NCBI GenBank assembly: GCA_965224085.1
Contig: CBDCYI010000005.1
Coordinates: 1,024,001 to 1,088,000 of the forward strand
Direction of reading: 5' to 3'
Source: Candidatus Marinacidobacterales bacterium
GTDB taxonomy: Bacteria > Acidobacteriota > Vicinamibacteria > Marinacidobacterales > SMYC01
DNA length: 64,000 bases
The position numbers were made by a program, and so were the translations under genes. Positions 60,173 to 64,000 of the stretch are shown here, one piece after another. The notes under the pieces were generated by a model, which made no database searches, had not been told where the DNA came from, and saw only the letters and a list, made by a program, of their open reading frames with translations. The stretch's first letter is position 1. The number at the start of each line of letters is the position of its first letter.

Positions 60173-60280
60173 TCAGCTCTTGTCGTCCACGAAGCCCGCC
60201 CAGTGCGTGCCGTCACAAAACGGTTTGTTCTTCGAGCCCCCTCAACGACAAAGCGTGCCACGGATTTCACTCGGGGTCAT
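60173..60280 (-). other. Minimal CDGSH iron-sulfur motif ORF with in-frame TGA (pseudogene remnant or selenoprotein)
   Basis: Manual translation MTPSEIRGTLCR*GGSKNKPFCDGTHWAGFVDDKS. TGA at 60242-60244 replaces the second Cys of CxC. Confidence 0.7.
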
Positions 60281-60548
60281 CTTTTTGGCCAACCGCCGCT
60301 CCTCCTCGTCGCGGGTCGGAACCCCCCATTCGAATACCACTATCCGCATCCACGTAGATCGCCTGGGCGTCGCCTATGAGGCCACGCTGGTGGAGCGCGT
60401 GACCCTTGGCCTCGAGTGCCTCCAACACGTCGCGCACAAGAGCTCGCTTTTCGTAGTCGATGCGATCGGGAAGCCATTGATGGTGGAATCGAGGCGCGTC
60501 GACGGCTTCTTGAGCCAGGCTCAAGGCGAGCGACAGCAGAACGACCGC
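60267..60548 (-). pseudogene. ggt: Gamma-glutamyltransferase C-terminal fragment
   Basis: QEAVDAPRFHHQWLPD..GDAQAI..GGSDPRRGG is only the last ~80 aa, joined to a signal-peptide-like stub. Confidence 0.8.
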
Positions 60549-60549
60549 G

Positions 60550-60909
60550 CTAGCGCATAACCCAGGTTGCACTCTCCAGAATGTAGTCATAGTCGTAACT
60601 CCGTTCGAATCGTTCCGTCGCCACGCCATCGACGTCCGGAATTTCGCTTTCTATGAGAAATCGGATGGTGCCGGCCCATGGCTCGACTTCGTTTCCCTCT
60701 TGAGGCCGAACTTCGACGCTTTGAATCGTCCACGTCACCGTGACGCCAAGTGCGGGGTTGACGTCCGCCTCCCCTTCGCGCTTCATGGACTCTGCCTCTT
60801 GCTTCAGGAGCATCTCCACGTCCTGGCGCGGGGGCGGTGGTTCCGGTTCGCTCCCGCAGGATGGGAAGACGAGCAGCGAAAGGATGCAAAGGCTTGCACT
60901 ATATTGCAT
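60550..60909 (-). CDS. Small lipoprotein, hypothetical
   Basis: Signal with FPSC lipobox-like motif, Pro linker, alpha+beta body. Confidence 0.65.
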   Translation of the reverse strand: MQYSASLCILSLLVFPSCGSEPEPPPPRQDVEMLLKQEAESMKREGEADVNPALGVTVTWTIQSVEVRPQEGNEVEPWAGTIRFLIESEIPDVDGVATERFERSYDYDYILESATWVMR

Positions 60910-61037
60910 GAACGAGAGGCTAGCAGTGCCCGAATCGTGGGTCAAACCCCCGTTTGACGAGTGCCGGTTCCCTTCGGCACACTGATCTCGATCGATTCAT
61001 AGAACCTCCCCACCCCTTTCACCGAGCCGGAGCTAAA

Positions 61038-61427
61038 GTGTCGACGGAAAACCAAGCGGAGATCGAAGTCGCGATCGAATTGGAAGCGTCTCGCTTTTTG
61101 CCCGTGGCGACTTTCAGCGTCCGGCTCGCCGGTCCCGACATCTCGCCCCACGATCCGGTTTTCGGAATCATCGCCAACATGTCGACGACGGGCGCCTGCG
61201 TGATTACGAATCGCGGCCTCCCCAAAGACACGATGCTCGAGGTGTCGATCTCGTCCAAAACACTCGAACAAGGCGTCACGCTTCCCGCGCGGATCGTCTG
61301 GTGCGCAGAGCGGCTCGAGCCCGTCAGGGAGATCGCCGGCTATCTCACGGGGGTAGCGTTCGACACGGAATCGGAAAAGGCGATCCAAAGTCTTTTATCG
61401 ACCGCGCTGTTTCAGCCGGTCTCGTGA
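61038..61427 (+). CDS. PilZ-domain protein (degenerate RxxxR)
   Basis: GTG after GGAG, ANMSTTGACV, ARIVW, TGVAF. Confidence 0.75.
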   Translation: MSTENQAEIEVAIELEASRFLPVATFSVRLAGPDISPHDPVFGIIANMSTTGACVITNRGLPKDTMLEVSISSKTLEQGVTLPARIVWCAERLEPVREIAGYLTGVAFDTESEKAIQSLLSTALFQPVS

Positions 61428-61431
61428 TCGC

Positions 61432-61983
61432 TCAGAGGCTCCCGAGCGTGAGTGCTTCGACATGAGGCACGAGGCGTTCGGCGAATTCCTGAGAGCGGCT
61501 CTCGTGCACAAGGAATCTCTGAGGAGAGACACACACTTGGCCTGTATTACGATATTTAGCAGAAACGGCGGATTTCGCCAAAGACTCGAGGTGCGCATCA
61601 GGGAAAATCAAAACAGGTGCGTTCCCGCCGAGCTCGAGCGAAAGACGCGTGAACGTGCGCGAGGCACCTTCCATCAGAATCCGCCCCACGCGAACGCTGC
61701 CGGTGAAGCTGATCTTGCGGCAGATCGGAGAGTTCAGCATGGTCTGACCCATCGATTCGGGCTCGCCATTGACGAGATTCAAAACCCCTTTTGGAAGATC
61801 TACTTCGGCGAGGATGTTGACGACCTCCATCGCCGTGAGCGGCGTATATTCCGACGCTCGCGCTACCACGGTGCAACCCAACGCCAAAGCCGCCGCCCAC
61901 GAGCGGAGAGGGTTGTAAGCCGGGAAGTTCCAAGCCGTGATAACACCGACGACACCCACGGGCTGCTTGAGCACCATCATCCG
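61432..61983 (-). pseudogene. Internal fragment of NAD(P)-dependent aldehyde (succinate-semialdehyde-type) dehydrogenase
   Basis: KQPVGVV..AWNFP, SFTGS, LELGGNAP, GQVCV. Both termini missing (about 183 of ~480 aa). Confidence 0.85.
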
Positions 61984-62043
61984 CCTAGGTAGGTAGGCGA
62001 TTCCTACACTTCCGTCCCGTCCACTTGGGAACGGAGCCTGCTA

Positions 62044-62724
62044 TCAGAGGCCGACGCGTTTCTTGAGCCCGGCCGCCGCTTCGCCGGCGTCCTGCTTCCC
62101 GCCGTTGAGCGCATCTTCCGTCGCGAATTCGAGAACGGTTTCGAGCTCCATTAGAGCGTCCTGCAGCTGTTTGGCCGCCTTCCCGGCGCCATGAATTCCG
62201 TCGCGGAGCTCCGTCGCCCCGCACTTCACCGAGCAGGTCACGTAAGCCTTCAGGACATCGCCGATGCCTGCGCCCGTCAATGCCATCATCCTTCGGAAGA
62301 AGTTCACGCCGGCGTGGTTCACGACATGGTTCGCCGCCGCGGTGGCGATGATCTCGCGCTTCAGAGGATGCTCGATAAAGAATTTCGAGAAAGCCTCCTG
62401 GAGCCTGCCCGGGAAATAGCTCGTCAGAAAGGGCGCGCCGTCCTCGCTGTCAGGAAAGTCCGTTTTCAAAATCTCGCTGAACGCCCATATCTTGACGTAG
62501 CCGAGAAGCAGTGCTAAGAGCGGCCGCGGAAGGCCACCCTCGATTTGATCAGTTTCTTTCAGCTCGCTCCAGGACGGAATGTGCTCGTCCTTGCGATTCA
62601 GGACGCCTTCGCGGTGAAGATCACCAATCAAGTCGAGAAAGTCTTCGTAACTCGCCGCGCTGCGGCGGCCATCGAGCGTCAACGCGAGCGCCTGGGCGGC
62701 GTTGTCGGCAAGCACGAGCTCCGC
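62044..62724 (-). pseudogene. C-terminal fragment of large NAD-specific glutamate dehydrogenase
   Basis: LVLADN..Q, GLPRPLLALLLGYVK, YFP, HPLKREIIAT..NHVVNHAG. 5' portion absent. Confidence 0.8.
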
Positions 62725-64000
62725 GACGTCTCAAACGTCGCACACTCGCGAAACTTCGAAAAGAAGTCGCTCCCGTCGATGCCAGCGTGCTCGGTCGCTT
62801 TCTTCCCGAATGGCACGGCGTCCACGGCAGCGCGCACGGTACAGCCAAGCTCGAGGAAACACTTGCGCAGCTCGAAGGACTTCCCCTGCCGTGGTCGTCT
62901 CTTCTGGAAGTGATCCTCCCAGGGCGCATTCAGGACTTCCGACCGGAAATGCTCGACATGCTGTCCGCCGCGGGCTCCATCGTATGGGTCGGTGTAGGCG
63001 CTCTCGGCACCTCCGATGGCCGCGTCGCTCTGTATCGGCGCGAACGCGCGTCGATATTGCTCGCGGAGCGACCGGCCTACCACCCGCAATCCGAGCTCGA
63101 AGCCGCCATTCTGACGCGGCTCGGTGAGCAAGGCGCGTCGTTCACGCTCGAGTTCGCTACAAAAACGGGCGCGGGCTCGGGACGCGAGCTCGAAGCGGCC
63201 TTGCTGAGCCTATTGTGGGCTGGCCAAATCACGAATGACACTTTCTTCCCGCTTCGAAACCTCGGGAAGAAAACCAGGCGCCGACGCCCCGAAAAGGTGA
63301 ACTATGCCGGCGGTCGATGGTCGCTCGTCGAAGAACTCGTCGATCCGAGCGTGAGCGATACGGAGCGCGCGCACGCACGGATCAAGATGCTGCTCGAGCG
63401 CTACGGCATCGTGAGCCGAAGCGCAGCCCTTTTCGAGGATTTGCCCGGCGGATACAAGATGCTCTATCCGCTCTTGCGAGAAATGGAGGAGCGCGGGCGA
63501 CTGCGGCGCGGACATTTCGTCGAAGGCCTATCGGGCTCCCAGTTCGCGCTCCCTGGTGCGGTCGAACGACTACGCATGGTACGCGATGCTTTGCGTGCGG
63601 AGCCGAAGCGTCCGGAGGACGAAACGCGCGCTTATCTCGCCGTCGATCCCGCGAACCCCTATGGCTCGACCCTTCCCTGGCCTCAGCCGATGACGGGAGC
63701 GAGAGCGCGCCCACGCCGCGTTCCGGGGGCTTGGGTGGTCCTTTACAAAGGTAATCTCGTGCTTTACATGGAAAAGGGAGGTCGCACGCTGTGGACGTTC
63801 GGGAAGCTCGACGAGCCTGAGATGGCGCGAGCCGCCTTTCACGCCATCGCCCATCTTCCGCGCGGCCGTCCGCGTCGGCTGCGGATCGACACCATCGACG
63901 ACGACGCACCTACGAAAGGACCGCACGAAGCGCTCCTCCGCGAGCTCGGCTTTTTCCGCGACGTCTCATCGATGGTCTACGCGCACACACCGACGGCGGC
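62724..64000 (+). pseudogene. lhr: Lhr helicase C-terminal region, 5'-truncated, runs off the window
   Basis: Not in ORF track. Manual translation RRLKRRTLAKLRKEVAPV..RFLPEWHGV..LWAGQITNDTF..GRWSL..LLERYGIV..RRGHFVEGLSGSQFA..DPANPYG. No helicase core upstream. Confidence 0.85.

Noticed and set aside
63210-63926. Short ORFs listed in the track at the window end
   Set aside because: Alternative frames overlapping the lhr fragment, which is the real coding frame

Overview
GC-rich bacterial chromosomal window, most likely Acidobacteriota (Vicinamibacteria-like). This is an inference from the fused LptF-LptG gene, an acidobacterial-type VWFA protein and acidobacterial-type ArgRS and cytochrome c. 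Housekeeping genes: partial smc, lptFG, metK, a yitJ-type HMT/MTHFR, argS, lepB, bshC, metH, rfbA/rfbC, glpK and recQ. Other loci: (i) a 15.5-kb, nine-gene uncharacterised MoxR/vWA/BatA/DUF58/2xDUF4159/TPR-metallopeptidase/caspase-fold/DUF4175-like envelope operon; (ii) a Ser/Thr kinase-PEGA-TonB_C (frameshifted) + FHA-zinc ribbon-RDD + signal peptidase operon; (iii) an orphan sigma-28 gene behind a sigma-54-type promoter, plus a PAS hybrid kinase/sigma-54 activator pair; (iv) an intact IS630 and a 165-bp MITE stacked on the CTAG of the metH stop codon; (v) tandem NrdR-box-like sites upstream of smc; (vi) a terminal ~4-kb mosaic of gene fragments (ggt, aldehyde dehydrogenase, large NAD-GDH, lhr) with a tiny CDGSH ORF carrying TGA at a ligand-Cys position. 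No rRNA, tRNA or CRISPR array was recognised. Family calls come from motif recognition by eye, not database searches.
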